In this document: positions 26,779-36,893 of the stretch, piece by piece
Numbering within the stretch: position 1 is the stretch's first letter
Layout of the letters: each line of letters begins with the position of its first letter
Virus record (IMG/VR): IMGVR_UViG_3300031857_014466
Source: an uncultured virus (IMG/VR IMGVR_UViG_3300031857_014466)
Taxonomy: Duplodnaviria > Heunggongvirae > Uroviricota > Caudoviricetes
Length of the DNA: 59,323 bases
Reading direction: 5' to 3' (one strand)
Notes under the pieces: generated by a model
The model's database searches: none
Told to the model about the DNA's origin: nothing
Seen by the model: the letters and a program-made list of their open reading frames with translations, nothing else
Program-made: the position numbers and the translations under genes

Positions 26779-28161
26779 ATGGCAAAGAAAAAAATATTGT
26801 TACTTTCAGACGATTTAAGAATGGCGAGTGGTATCGCTACAGTTTCAAAAGAATTGGTACTTGGTACAGTTCACAAATACGATTGGTTTCAAGTAGGTGC
26901 AGCAATTAATCACCCTGAAGCAGGAAAGATTTTAGATGTTAGTGAAGATATCAAACAAAATTACGGAATAGCTGATGCTAGTGTAAAGATTTTACCTTGG
27001 AATGGTTATGGTAATGCTGATTTGATTAGACAATTAATCAATGCAGAAAGACCAGATGCTATTCTACACTTTACTGACCCTCGTTATTGGACATGGTTGT
27101 ATGATATTGAACATGAAATCAGACAAAATGTTCCTCTTTTATTCTATGCAATTTGGGATGACTTGCCAGACCCAATGTATAACCGTAACTTCTATGAAAG
27201 TTGTGATTGGATAGGATGTATATCTCGTCAAACTTATGGTATTATCAAAAGAATTGGTGCAAGAAATGATAAACCAACTTGGAAAGTAAAACAACCTTGG
27301 CAAGTTAGTTATGTACCACATGGTATTAATACTGAATTATATAAACCGGTAGATGTTCCTACCGAATATCGTAAAGAAATTTTAGGTGGTAAGGATTATG
27401 ATTTTGTTTTTTATTGGTCAAATCGTAATATTAGAAGAAAGCAACCATCGGATGTAATTTACGCATTTAAATTATTTTGTGAAAAAATAGGTAAAGAAAA
27501 AGCAGATAAAGTTTGTTTATTGATGCACACACAACCTATTGATGAAAATGGTACAGACCTTCCAGCAGTTATTGAAGCTATAGCTCCGGATGTTAATATC
27601 ATATTCTCTGAAAAAAGAAGACCTCAGCATGAATTAAATTATAACTATAATGTTGCTGATTGTACTATTAACATAGCTAACAATGAAGGATTTGGATTAG
27701 CAACCGCAGAATCGGTAATGGCCGGAACACCAATCATTGTAAACGTAACTGGTGGGTTGCAAGACCAATGTGGATTTAAAGTTGAAGGTAACGTATTAGT
27801 TGCGGATGATTATATTAAGATTGGTTCTTTGCATGAATGGAGAAAATGGGAAGGTAAAGCAGAACCTGGTCCTTGGGTAGTACCGGTATGGAGTAGAGCA
27901 TTGGCATTAGCAGGTTCAGTACCTACACCATATATTTGGGATGATAGAGTAGATTTGCATGATGTGGCTGATGCTATGGAGAAAATGTATAATACTCCAA
28001 AAGAGCAAAGAAAAGCGAACGCATTAATTGGTAGAGAATTCTTTATTAATGAAGCTGGGTTATCGCACACAAATATGTGCCAAACCTTAATTGATGGAAT
28101 TGAATCTACATTTGAAAATTGGAAACCTCGCCAAAGATTTGAGGTATTTAAAGTTAAATAA
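26779..28161 (+). CDS. Glycosyltransferase, GT4-like
   Basis: KILLLSD, VPHGI, NRNIRRK, EGFGLATAESVMAGTPII. Confidence 0.9.
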   Translation: MAKKKILLLSDDLRMASGIATVSKELVLGTVHKYDWFQVGAAINHPEAGKILDVSEDIKQNYGIADASVKILPWNGYGNADLIRQLINAERPDAILHFTDPRYWTWLYDIEHEIRQNVPLLFYAIWDDLPDPMYNRNFYESCDWIGCISRQTYGIIKRIGARNDKPTWKVKQPWQVSYVPHGINTELYKPVDVPTEYRKEILGGKDYDFVFYWSNRNIRRKQPSDVIYAFKLFCEKIGKEKADKVCLLMHTQPIDENGTDLPAVIEAIAPDVNIIFSEKRRPQHELNYNYNVADCTINIANNEGFGLATAESVMAGTPIIVNVTGGLQDQCGFKVEGNVLVADDYIKIGSLHEWRKWEGKAEPGPWVVPVWSRALALAGSVPTPYIWDDRVDLHDVADAMEKMYNTPKEQRKANALIGREFFINEAGLSHTNMCQTLIDGIESTFENWKPRQRFEVFKVK

Positions 28162-28171
28162 GTTATAGTAT

Positions 28172-29479
28172 ATGAATAAGCCAACATTAGTATTTCAGGG
28201 ACCTATTTTTACTAGAAGTGGATATGGTGACCATTGTAGAGATTTGATGAAATCACTTCGTAAGATGGATAAATTTGATATTAAAATTATTCCACTTCGT
28301 TGGGGTAACACTCCGCAGAATCAAGTTGATGGGGAATCGGAATTTGGCCGTTGGATGTTAGATAGAGTAATTGGTCAAATAGGAGATAAGCCAGATGTAT
28401 TTGTGCAAGTATCTGTTGCGAATGAATTCACACCATCTGGTAATTTTAACATTGGTATAACCGCAGGAGTTGAAACTACGATTGCACCAAAAGATTTTAT
28501 TGATGGTTCTAATAAAATGGATTTAATAATAGTACCATCTAATTTTACAAGACAAAATTTAGGAGGAACTGTATATCAACAAAAAGACCAAAATACAGGT
28601 CAAATTCTTGGTGAATATCGAGTTACAAAACCAATTGAAGTTCTTTTTGAAGGAGTTGATACGGAAATATTTAATAAAGGATTCCAAAGACCTGGTGATA
28701 AAGCTGACATGTTAGAAAATGTAAAAGAAGATTTTTGTTTCTTAGTTGTTGGACATTGGTTAAAAGGTAGTTTGGGACAGGATAGAAAAGATATTGGTAT
28801 GGCAATAAAAACATTTGCAACTGTTTTCCAATATTTGCCAAAAGATAAACAACCCGCTCTTTTACTAAAAACATCGCATGCTGGATTTAGTGTGATTGAT
28901 AGAGAAACAACTCGCCAGAAAATTGATGAAGTATTAAAATCATTTGGTGATAAGTGCCCTTCTGTGTATTTGATACATGGTGATATGGAAGAAACAGATA
29001 TGAGTAACCTTTATCATCATCCAAAAGTAAAAGCAATGTTATCTTTTACAAAAGGTGAAGGTTATGGTAGACCTATGGCTGAATTTACTTTGACCGGTAA
29101 ACCAATATTGGCTAGTGGTTGGAGTGGACAAGTAGATTTCCTACCCGCTAAGCACACTATCTTATTAGATGGTAGTCTTACATCGGTAGATGAATCAGCG
29201 GCGGACCAATTTATTCTAAAAGAAGCTCAATGGTTTACTGTAAATTATAGTGGAGCTGCAAATAAAATGTATGATGTTTATAAAAAGTATGATACCTATT
29301 TAGAACAATCTGAAGGATTAAAAGAAAATACTTTGAAAAACTTTACCTTAGAACATATGCATGAAAGATTTGTATCAATATTAGATACTTATATAAAATC
29401 ACAACCAAAAGTTGTTCCGTTCAATGTTCCTCAGTTGAATAAAGCCAAAATTCAAATACCAAAATTAAATAAGGTATAA
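28172..29479 (+). CDS. Glycosyltransferase, GT4-like
   Basis: SGYG, IIVPS, DRKDI, KGEGYGRPMAE. Confidence 0.88.
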   Translation: MNKPTLVFQGPIFTRSGYGDHCRDLMKSLRKMDKFDIKIIPLRWGNTPQNQVDGESEFGRWMLDRVIGQIGDKPDVFVQVSVANEFTPSGNFNIGITAGVETTIAPKDFIDGSNKMDLIIVPSNFTRQNLGGTVYQQKDQNTGQILGEYRVTKPIEVLFEGVDTEIFNKGFQRPGDKADMLENVKEDFCFLVVGHWLKGSLGQDRKDIGMAIKTFATVFQYLPKDKQPALLLKTSHAGFSVIDRETTRQKIDEVLKSFGDKCPSVYLIHGDMEETDMSNLYHHPKVKAMLSFTKGEGYGRPMAEFTLTGKPILASGWSGQVDFLPAKHTILLDGSLTSVDESAADQFILKEAQWFTVNYSGAANKMYDVYKKYDTYLEQSEGLKENTLKNFTLEHMHERFVSILDTYIKSQPKVVPFNVPQLNKAKIQIPKLNKV

Positions 29480-29480
29480 G

Positions 29481-29951
29481 ATGTCATTTTCAAGAGAGTA
29501 TATTCCACTTATAGAGCAAGAAGAAGGTGTTGCTAAAAGTTTAATAAGACCTAGAAACATATATAAAATAAATTCTTACACTTATAAAGATGGACGTACA
29601 AAAAGCTTAGCTGGAACAGAAACGGCTTATGTATTTGTTACGGGAATATCACCAACAAAAATTATATCTGCGATAAAAATAAGTTTAGTAAAACCAAAGG
29701 ATTTTTTCAGATGGTTAAAAAAGTTATACAGAGCTGGATTAACTGAAAGTTATGTTAATGATTCTGAAAGATTGGAAGATATTCTTATTTTAGATAACAA
29801 AGATGGTCAGAAAATATTTAATCAATTTGTAAAAGCAAGTAGATTATACACACAAGCAGAACCCACATTTAGAACTTACATACTAAATAATATCAAAAAC
29901 GCTGAATTGGTATCTATCAAAAAAGAGGTGCTTGTAAAATATATAAAATAG
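29481..29951 (+). CDS. Hypothetical protein
   Basis: 156 aa ORF in the operon. Confidence 0.65.
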   Translation: MSFSREYIPLIEQEEGVAKSLIRPRNIYKINSYTYKDGRTKSLAGTETAYVFVTGISPTKIISAIKISLVKPKDFFRWLKKLYRAGLTESYVNDSERLEDILILDNKDGQKIFNQFVKASRLYTQAEPTFRTYILNNIKNAELVSIKKEVLVKYIK

Positions 29952-30026
29952 TCCACAATCTTCTTCTTTTACCTTTTAATTATATTTACTTGTGTATCAA
30001 TATTAAAATACGCAACATAATATAAA

Positions 30027-32450
30027 ATGGCATTAGTTAAACGTTTATCGAAAAACGCTCCTCTCACAGCACAGGAGATGGATGATAACTTAGATTATCT
30101 CCAATCCCAAATATTAGCAGGAACATCAGGAACGGCTGGTAGTGGTGGTACATCGGGTACAAGTGGTACATCTGGTTCATCTGGCACGTCTGGCGCAACT
30201 GGTTCAACAGGAACTGCAGGAAGTGGTGGTACTTCTGGTACAAGCGGTACTTCTGGTACTGATGGTGATAAATTTTCATCCACATCAACAACCTCACATG
30301 ATATTTCTTTAGGTTCTAAAACTTTTGTAATTGGTACAGGCCTTCAATGGACACCTGGTCAACAAACAATTATATCTGAAAATGGTAGCAATTATATGAC
30401 TGCTACTGTTACTTCTTACAATTCTGGAAATGGTAGTTTCGTAGTAAATGTAACCGCTATTGTTGGAAGTGGAAGCGCTATTAGTAATTGGTTCATAAAT
30501 ACATCTGGTGCACCTGGAGCTAGTGGTACAAGCGGTACATCTGGTACTGGTGGTACATCTGGCGTAGATGGGACAAATGGTACAGCTGGTAGTGGTGGTA
30601 CATCTGGCGTAGATGGGACAAATGGCACAGCCGGTAGTGGAGGTTCATCGGGAACTTCTGGTACAAGTGGTACATCGGGAACATCTGGTGTAAGTGGAAC
30701 TAATGGAGCAGATGGTACATTTGTAGTAGATGCATTTACTTTACGCATTTTGCAAACTACGGCATCACTAAATTTATATACAGGTTCAAACGAATCTAAT
30801 AATCAGAGAATACAACAAACAACGGCATCTCTAAATATCTATACGGGTTCTTTAGACAACACAATCCAAAGAATACAACAAACAACTGCATCTCTTAATA
30901 CATACACTGGTTCAAATGATGCGGTTAGAAATAGAATACAACAAACAACAGCTTCATTAAACACATACACAGGTTCAAACGATTCTGTAAGAAATAGAAT
31001 ATTACAAACAACCGCATCATTAAACACATATACTGGCTCAAATAATAGCGTAATTGCTAGAATATTACAAGCAACAGCATCATTACAAGCATTTACAGCA
31101 TCTGGGGCTGGTGGTGGAAGTGGTATATTTGTACAAACTGGTTCTTTCTACGCAACAACAAATAATATACAAATAACAGGTTCACTATCTGCATCACTGG
31201 CAGAAGGATATATGTGGGTAGGTGGAGCAGGTAACGTTAATAAATTAGTAACAACATCATCTTTAACGGCTGGTGCTCTTACACTTAATGGATTTACTTT
31301 AAATGGTGTTGTTACATTTAATGTACCGAACTCAACAGTAAATTCAAATTTATTGTTTGATGGTAGTTTATTAACTGTAAGAGGTAGAATTTCAGCATCA
31401 AATGCATTAACGGCATCGCTACAAGAAGGTTATGCTTGGGTAGGTGGTGCTGGTAGTGTTAGTGTGTTGGTAGCAACATCATCTTTTGGTAGTGGTATAT
31501 TTTCGCAAATTGGATTATCAAATGCATATGGTACTGGAAATGATATTCAAATATCTGGTTCATTATCGGCATCATTAGCTCAGGGTTATGTTTGGGTTGG
31601 TGGACCTAACAATATTACAAAATTAGTAGCTACATCATCATTTGGTTCATCGTTAGCTGTAAGAAATTATAATGGTTCAACATTTGGAGCATTTAATGTT
31701 CAAAATGTAACAACATTGGCATTTAGTGGTTCATCTTTTACAATAGCTGATTTAGGTGGGGGTAGTGTAAAAGTCGAAAGTACAGGAACGGGCGGTGGTG
31801 GTACTTCTGGTACAAGTGGTACTTCTGGTATTAATGGTCTTGGTAACGATGGTTCATCTGGAACATCTGGAACATCCGGAACTTCAGCCGCAGCAGGTGC
31901 AGCTGGTACATCAGGTACATCTGGTACATCGGGTCTTACCGCTCAAAATGGTACAGATGGTTCTTCTGGAACAAGCGGAACATCTGGTACAAGTGGAGCA
32001 GGTACGCCGGGTACATCTGGAACTTCTGGTACAACTGGTAACCCTGGTGATAATGGTTCAAGCGGTTCTTCTGGAACAAGCGGAACTTCAGGTCTTACGC
32101 CAGCAGCTGGCACCGGTGGTAGTAGTGGAACAAGTGGTACTTCTGGAACTACGGGGTTACTTAGTTTAACAGGAACTACAACTAATGGTGTTATAAGTTA
32201 TGATGGTGTAACAACTACCGGAGTAGTTGAAAGCTCACTTACATTTGATTCAACTACTAGAGTGTTGGAACTTAGTGGTTCAGCTGATATATATGTAGCA
32301 GCTAAGTTAAGACCTATACTATGGGCTGGGAATACACCACCTGCATTTATAACTCCATCCATTGGAATGTTGACAGTATCATCATCATTTGGACTTAGTA
32401 GTGGTGATTTACTTTATTATAATGGTTTAGCTTGGGTTAAGTTAGGTTAA
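30027..32450 (+). CDS. Gly/Ser/Thr-rich fibre protein with collagen-like G-X-Y (GTS) tracts; probably structural
   Basis: N-terminal R..K..PLT..EMD.N fibre-anchor-like motif, (GTS)n tracts, six 21-aa repeats, three SL.EGY.WVGG repeats, C-terminal YYNG..W. Confidence 0.7.
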   Translation: MALVKRLSKNAPLTAQEMDDNLDYLQSQILAGTSGTAGSGGTSGTSGTSGSSGTSGATGSTGTAGSGGTSGTSGTSGTDGDKFSSTSTTSHDISLGSKTFVIGTGLQWTPGQQTIISENGSNYMTATVTSYNSGNGSFVVNVTAIVGSGSAISNWFINTSGAPGASGTSGTSGTGGTSGVDGTNGTAGSGGTSGVDGTNGTAGSGGSSGTSGTSGTSGTSGVSGTNGADGTFVVDAFTLRILQTTASLNLYTGSNESNNQRIQQTTASLNIYTGSLDNTIQRIQQTTASLNTYTGSNDAVRNRIQQTTASLNTYTGSNDSVRNRILQTTASLNTYTGSNNSVIARILQATASLQAFTASGAGGGSGIFVQTGSFYATTNNIQITGSLSASLAEGYMWVGGAGNVNKLVTTSSLTAGALTLNGFTLNGVVTFNVPNSTVNSNLLFDGSLLTVRGRISASNALTASLQEGYAWVGGAGSVSVLVATSSFGSGIFSQIGLSNAYGTGNDIQISGSLSASLAQGYVWVGGPNNITKLVATSSFGSSLAVRNYNGSTFGAFNVQNVTTLAFSGSSFTIADLGGGSVKVESTGTGGGGTSGTSGTSGINGLGNDGSSGTSGTSGTSAAAGAAGTSGTSGTSGLTAQNGTDGSSGTSGTSGTSGAGTPGTSGTSGTTGNPGDNGSSGSSGTSGTSGLTPAAGTGGSSGTSGTSGTTGLLSLTGTTTNGVISYDGVTTTGVVESSLTFDSTTRVLELSGSADIYVAAKLRPILWAGNTPPAFITPSIGMLTVSSSFGLSSGDLLYYNGLAWVKLG
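30741..31103 (+). repeat. Six tandem 63-bp coding repeats (RIQQTTASLNTYTGSN.....)
   Basis: 21-aa period, visible in both DNA and protein. Confidence 0.9.
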
Positions 32451-32471
32451 GATAAATTAAACAAAATAAAT

Positions 32472-32503
32472 AAAAGGGTAACAAAAAAAGTTACCCTTTT
32501 TTT
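32472..32503 (+). terminator. Rho-independent terminator
   Basis: AAAAGGGTAAC-aaaaaaa-GTTACCCTTTT followed by a T run. Confidence 0.88.
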
Positions 32504-32524
32504 ATCGTTTTACTTGAAACTTCT

Positions 32525-32533
32525 ATATTTATA
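32525..32533 (+). promoter_or_regulatory. Putative late promoter ATATTTATA
   Basis: Recurrent motif upstream of the main glycan operon. Confidence 0.5.
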
Positions 32534-32560
32534 TCTATATATACATATACATAAATTACT

Positions 32561-32592
32561 TTTGGTAATTTGAATTAAAAACGTTATATTTG
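32561..32592 (+). promoter_or_regulatory. Bacteroidota sigma-A type promoter
   Basis: TTTG-N20-TATATTTG, 4 nt before the ATG at 32597. Confidence 0.78.
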
Positions 32593-32596
32593 TACT

Positions 32597-33229
32597 ATGA
32601 TAAATGTTACATACGCAATTACAGTTTGTAATGAGTTACTTGAAATCACAAATTTAATTAACTTTTTACACCCACGAATTAAAAAAGAAGATGAGATTTT
32701 AATTCAATACGATTCCGAATCTGTTACAGATGAAGTAAAAAAATATTTAAATATTATATCACAACTTCATCCAAACGAAATAAAGGTAATTTCATTCCCA
32801 CTTAATAAAGATTTTGCTTCATATAAAAATAATTTGAAAAACCATGCAAATGGCATTTTTATTTTTCAAATTGATGCAGATGAAATCCCCACAGAATATT
32901 TGATGGAAAATATACATTCTTTCTTAGAATATAATAAAGATGTTGACCTTTTCTTTGTTCCTAGAATTAATACCGTTAATGGATTGACTCCTGAACATAT
33001 TAAAAAATGGGGATGGAAAGTTGATGAAAAAGGTTGGATAAACTTTCCTGATTACCAAACACGTCTTTATAGAAGAACTTCTGAAATAGAATGGCAAGGT
33101 AAAGTGCATGAAAGAATTGTTGGGTATAATACATTATCAGTAATTCCAGCTGAAGAAATTTATTGTCTGTATCATCATAAACAAATAGAAAGGCAAGAAA
33201 AGCAAAACGATTATTATGATACAATCTAA
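32597..33229 (+). CDS. Glycosyltransferase, GT2 family
   Basis: AITVCNE, DFA..KN, IDADE, PDYQ.RL, VHE, LYH.K. Confidence 0.88.
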   Translation: MINVTYAITVCNELLEITNLINFLHPRIKKEDEILIQYDSESVTDEVKKYLNIISQLHPNEIKVISFPLNKDFASYKNNLKNHANGIFIFQIDADEIPTEYLMENIHSFLEYNKDVDLFFVPRINTVNGLTPEHIKKWGWKVDEKGWINFPDYQTRLYRRTSEIEWQGKVHERIVGYNTLSVIPAEEIYCLYHHKQIERQEKQNDYYDTI

Positions 33230-34211
33230 AATAGCTTTCTTAACCGAAATGGGATTTATGGGAAAAGTTCCAGCAGTTCATCCAAATATGAGAACTGAAT
33301 TTGCTTGGATGCATGCTTTGGAAGCTGACCATTTCAATATTCATATGCTTGATGATTTAAAAGGATATGACCATGTGTTTATTATATTTCCAAAAGGTAA
33401 AACATTTCTAAGTTCGGAAGGTAGTACTTTAGTTAGAGGAACAAATCCAGTTTCAGAATTACTTCGCCAACCATTAGTAGAAACAATAAAACAAAAAGGA
33501 AATGGTGCGGTACATTATATTCAAGAAGGTCCTCATTGGTGGTTTAATGATTATGAGATAGCAGACCAAATTTATTTCTATAACTTTTTAAATAGTTGTG
33601 ATACTATTTTTACTCACAACTCAACCGATGTACCATATTATAAAGGTCTTTTTCCTAACAAAGAAGTAAGACCTATCTTTACCCTTATGATTGAGGAATT
33701 GGTAAAAGATATAGTTCCTATAAAAGAAAATAAAGCAATTATAGGTGGTAACTTTGCAAGATGGTATGGTGGATTTGAAAGTTATATAATTGCAGATACT
33801 TTTGAGTGTGAAATATGGGCACAAGAATCTCACGCTAAAAGAGTTGGTGAAGATGGTGTAGATGGTATAAAACATTTTCCAAGAATGATTTGGCAAGTTT
33901 GGATGAATGAATTATCTAAATTTAAGTACGCAGTTCATATGATGCCAACGGTAGCAGCTGGTACATTCTCTCTCAATTGTGCATACTTTGGAATACCTTG
34001 TATCGGAAATGTGTTAGTAGATACGCAAGTTTTGTGTCATCCAAATCTTTCAGTTGATGTATATGATATACAAAACGCAAGAAATTTAGCAAAGATATTA
34101 AAAGATAATACAACATACTATACTATGTGTTCGGAAGCTGCAAAAGATAATTACCACACTCATTACTCAGTTGATGTTTGGAAAAATAGAATGAAAAATT
34201 ATTTGGGATGA
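33216..34211 (+). CDS. Putative GT-B glycosyltransferase
   Basis: C-terminal AAGTFSLNCAYFGIPCIG nucleotide-sugar-binding-like segment; operon context. Confidence 0.55.
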   Translation: MIQSKIAFLTEMGFMGKVPAVHPNMRTEFAWMHALEADHFNIHMLDDLKGYDHVFIIFPKGKTFLSSEGSTLVRGTNPVSELLRQPLVETIKQKGNGAVHYIQEGPHWWFNDYEIADQIYFYNFLNSCDTIFTHNSTDVPYYKGLFPNKEVRPIFTLMIEELVKDIVPIKENKAIIGGNFARWYGGFESYIIADTFECEIWAQESHAKRVGEDGVDGIKHFPRMIWQVWMNELSKFKYAVHMMPTVAAGTFSLNCAYFGIPCIGNVLVDTQVLCHPNLSVDVYDIQNARNLAKILKDNTTYYTMCSEAAKDNYHTHYSVDVWKNRMKNYLG

Positions 34212-34363
34212 TAAAGGTTTTAAAAAGTAGAAGTACAATGCAACAAACAGGTGAATACTTTGTTGATGTGGTTACTGGTCGTATTGTTTTTTATTGGATA
34301 GATTGTTATGGTGATAGATGGATGGTGGAACGTAAATGGGGATTTAGAGTTAAAACGGATTAA
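34208..34363 (+). CDS. 51 aa hypothetical protein; missing from the ORF track
   Basis: ATGA overlap with the upstream stop; MIKVLKSRST...KWGFRVKTD; fills the gap to 34366. Confidence 0.6.
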   Translation: MIKVLKSRSTMQQTGEYFVDVVTGRIVFYWIDCYGDRWMVERKWGFRVKTD

Positions 34364-34365
34364 TT

Positions 34366-35133
34366 ATGATTACAGTTATATTAAATGGTTACAAAAGAGG
34401 GGAGAATCTAAATGAACAATTAGAGGCTCTTAAAAATCAAACATTACCGCCGGATGAAATACTTGTTTGGTATAATAATCCTGGCGATAATGATTTGATT
34501 AATTACGATATTGGTACGGAAGTTCCAGTTGCATATTGTAATTACAACTTTGGTGTATGGGCACGATTTGCTTACGCATTTATGGCTAAGAATCCTTATG
34601 TATGTATCTTTGATGATGATACAATTCCTGGTAAGAAATGGTTAGAGAATTGTATTAACACAATGAAAACGCATGAAGGTTTATTAGGAACGGTTGGATT
34701 ACTTTATCCGGTTCCACTACCACCACAATACTCATCTTACTACGAACACTATTTAAGATTTGGTTGGCCTGAGCAGGGTAACAATGATAAGACGGTTCAA
34801 GTTGATTTAGTTGGGCATAGCTGGTTCTTTAAGAAAGAATGGTTATCTCATATGTGGAGAGAAATACCAGACCCAAAGTATAACACTTGTGGTGAAGATA
34901 TGCATTTCAGTTATATGTTACAAAAGTATGCTGGTATTAAAACATTTGTACCACCACATCCTCGTTCCGATATTGAGATGTGGGGAAGTATTAAGGGTGG
35001 AACTTATGGTGGTGATGCTAACTCATTGTGGGAAAGTAATCAAAGAAGTATTGAAGGAGTTCCATTCAAAGAATTAATGAATCAGTATTTTAGAGAACAA
35101 AGACAAAAAGGTTGGAAATTAGTAAATGAGTAA
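34366..35133 (+). CDS. Glycosyltransferase, GT-A fold
   Basis: VILNGYKR, IFDDD.IPG, GEDMHFS. Confidence 0.8.
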   Translation: MITVILNGYKRGENLNEQLEALKNQTLPPDEILVWYNNPGDNDLINYDIGTEVPVAYCNYNFGVWARFAYAFMAKNPYVCIFDDDTIPGKKWLENCINTMKTHEGLLGTVGLLYPVPLPPQYSSYYEHYLRFGWPEQGNNDKTVQVDLVGHSWFFKKEWLSHMWREIPDPKYNTCGEDMHFSYMLQKYAGIKTFVPPHPRSDIEMWGSIKGGTYGGDANSLWESNQRSIEGVPFKELMNQYFREQRQKGWKLVNE

Positions 35134-36133
35134 AGATTATCCTATATTAATATGTTTTGGTACAAGGCCCGAATGGTTGAAAGTTAAACCATTGATTGAC
35201 CTTCTACCAAAAAAACATTATAAAACATTATTTACCGGTCAACATGAAGACTTACTAAAAGATGTTCATGTTGATTTTAGAGTAAACATAGAAGAAAGTT
35301 TTCGTCATACTAGATTAGATGCTATTATGATTGGTTGTATGGAATATTTTCCAAATTACAACTTCAGCGGTGTGTTGGTGCAAGGTGATACAGCCTCCGC
35401 ATTTGCCTGTGCGCTAGCAGCGTTTCATAGACAAATAAAGGTTATATACTTAGAAGCCGGATTACGCAGTTACGATTTGGAAAATCCTTATCCAGAGGAA
35501 GGTTATAGACAAATGATAGCTCGCTTGGCAGATATTAACTTTGCGCCAACACAACTTTCCGCTGAAAACTTAGATGCGGAAAGGGTAAAGGGAGATATCC
35601 ATATAGTTGGAAACACTGTATTGGATAACCTTACCAAATATGATAAAGGTAGTTATGGTGATACTATCTTAGTCACAATGCATCGCAGAGAAAATCACCA
35701 TTGGATGGATGAATGGTTTATAGAATTAAATGAATTGGCAATTGATTATCCTCAATATAAGTTCATTTTACCAATTCATCCAAATCCAAACGTTCAGAAG
35801 CATAGGGGTTTATTAGCAAACATTAGTGTTGTTGAACCCCTATCGCATGATGAAACTATTAAGATACTAAAGGATTGTAAGATAGTAATAACTGATAGTG
35901 GCGGGCTGCAAGAAGAAGGTTCTTTCTTTAATAAGAAAGTAATTGTATGTAGAAAAACAACCGAAAGACCAGAAGGTATTCAAACAGGTCATCTTTATAT
36001 GTGTGAAGAACCAAAAAAACTAAAAGAACTTTTTGGCAAATTGGAGAAAGATTCGTATATTTGTAAACCTTGTCCTTATGGTGATGGTAGAGCAGCAGAA
36101 AAGATTAAAAAGATATTAGATGAAGAACTTTAG
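35126..36133 (+). CDS. wecB: UDP-N-acetylglucosamine 2-epimerase (non-hydrolysing)
   Basis: FGTRPE, TGQH, VQGDT, EAGLRS, PEE, HRREN, TDSGGLQEE, TERPE, PYGDG. Confidence 0.95.
   Translation: MSKDYPILICFGTRPEWLKVKPLIDLLPKKHYKTLFTGQHEDLLKDVHVDFRVNIEESFRHTRLDAIMIGCMEYFPNYNFSGVLVQGDTASAFACALAAFHRQIKVIYLEAGLRSYDLENPYPEEGYRQMIARLADINFAPTQLSAENLDAERVKGDIHIVGNTVLDNLTKYDKGSYGDTILVTMHRRENHHWMDEWFIELNELAIDYPQYKFILPIHPNPNVQKHRGLLANISVVEPLSHDETIKILKDCKIVITDSGGLQEEGSFFNKKVIVCRKTTERPEGIQTGHLYMCEEPKKLKELFGKLEKDSYICKPCPYGDGRAAEKIKKILDEEL
36032..36063 (+). promoter_or_regulatory. Bacteroidota sigma-A type promoter embedded in the wecB 3' end
   Basis: TTTG-N20-TATATTTG with the TTCG prefix shared by most of the other copies. 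Confidence 0.65.
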
Positions 36134-36893
36134 ACAACACTTCGCCAAATTTACTGAAATGATTCGTAATGATGAACATTTTGGTTTCGCAAGATATTCT
36201 GATGGTGAATTATATATTCTACAAAATAAAGAATTAGTTTTAGATAAAGGATTAATTCAAATAGGTGACCAAAAGCAGGGTGGAATATACCAACCAGCTG
36301 ATTTCAAACATTATGACCCAAAGCAGCATGGAGAATCATTCAACCGATTGATTGAAGCATATAAACACCGTCAACCAAATTACTACAAAGGTATTAGTTG
36401 TAGATGTTGTGTGGGTGATGAAGCATTTAAGTTTCAATTAGATTTGCATGGTGGTGATGATGAGAGTTTAACTTGGGCAAATCTTTGGGTTAATGGTAAC
36501 TATCCCCTATTTGTTACACATACACTTCCAATTCTTTATAGTAAGGATTGTGTATTTGTTGGACATGAAAGCGCTGATGTATCCAAACTACCTTTTGTAG
36601 TAAAAGATTTCAGAGTAGGTTATAACGCATTTGTAAACGATTATGATAAAATTGACATTATTAGACAATGGATTAAAGAGAATAATATCCAAAATCACGT
36701 ATTCTTATTCTCAGCTTCCACATTCACCAATTTGGCAGTATATGAGTTATTCAGAGATTTTCCCAATAATTCCTATATTGATATTGGAACGTGTCTTACT
36801 CCGATGATGAACATGCCAACCCATAGAGGTTACTTAGAGGCATTCTGGGGATATAGGGGTGGACAAGATATTCAAAAAATTTGTGTATGGTAA
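36120..36893 (+). CDS. Putative GT-D fold (DUF1792-like) glycosyltransferase
   Basis: FARYSDGE near the N-terminus and YIDIGT near the C-terminus. Confidence 0.6.
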   Translation: MKNFRQHFAKFTEMIRNDEHFGFARYSDGELYILQNKELVLDKGLIQIGDQKQGGIYQPADFKHYDPKQHGESFNRLIEAYKHRQPNYYKGISCRCCVGDEAFKFQLDLHGGDDESLTWANLWVNGNYPLFVTHTLPILYSKDCVFVGHESADVSKLPFVVKDFRVGYNAFVNDYDKIDIIRQWIKENNIQNHVFLFSASTFTNLAVYELFRDFPNNSYIDIGTCLTPMMNMPTHRGYLEAFWGYRGGQDIQKICVW

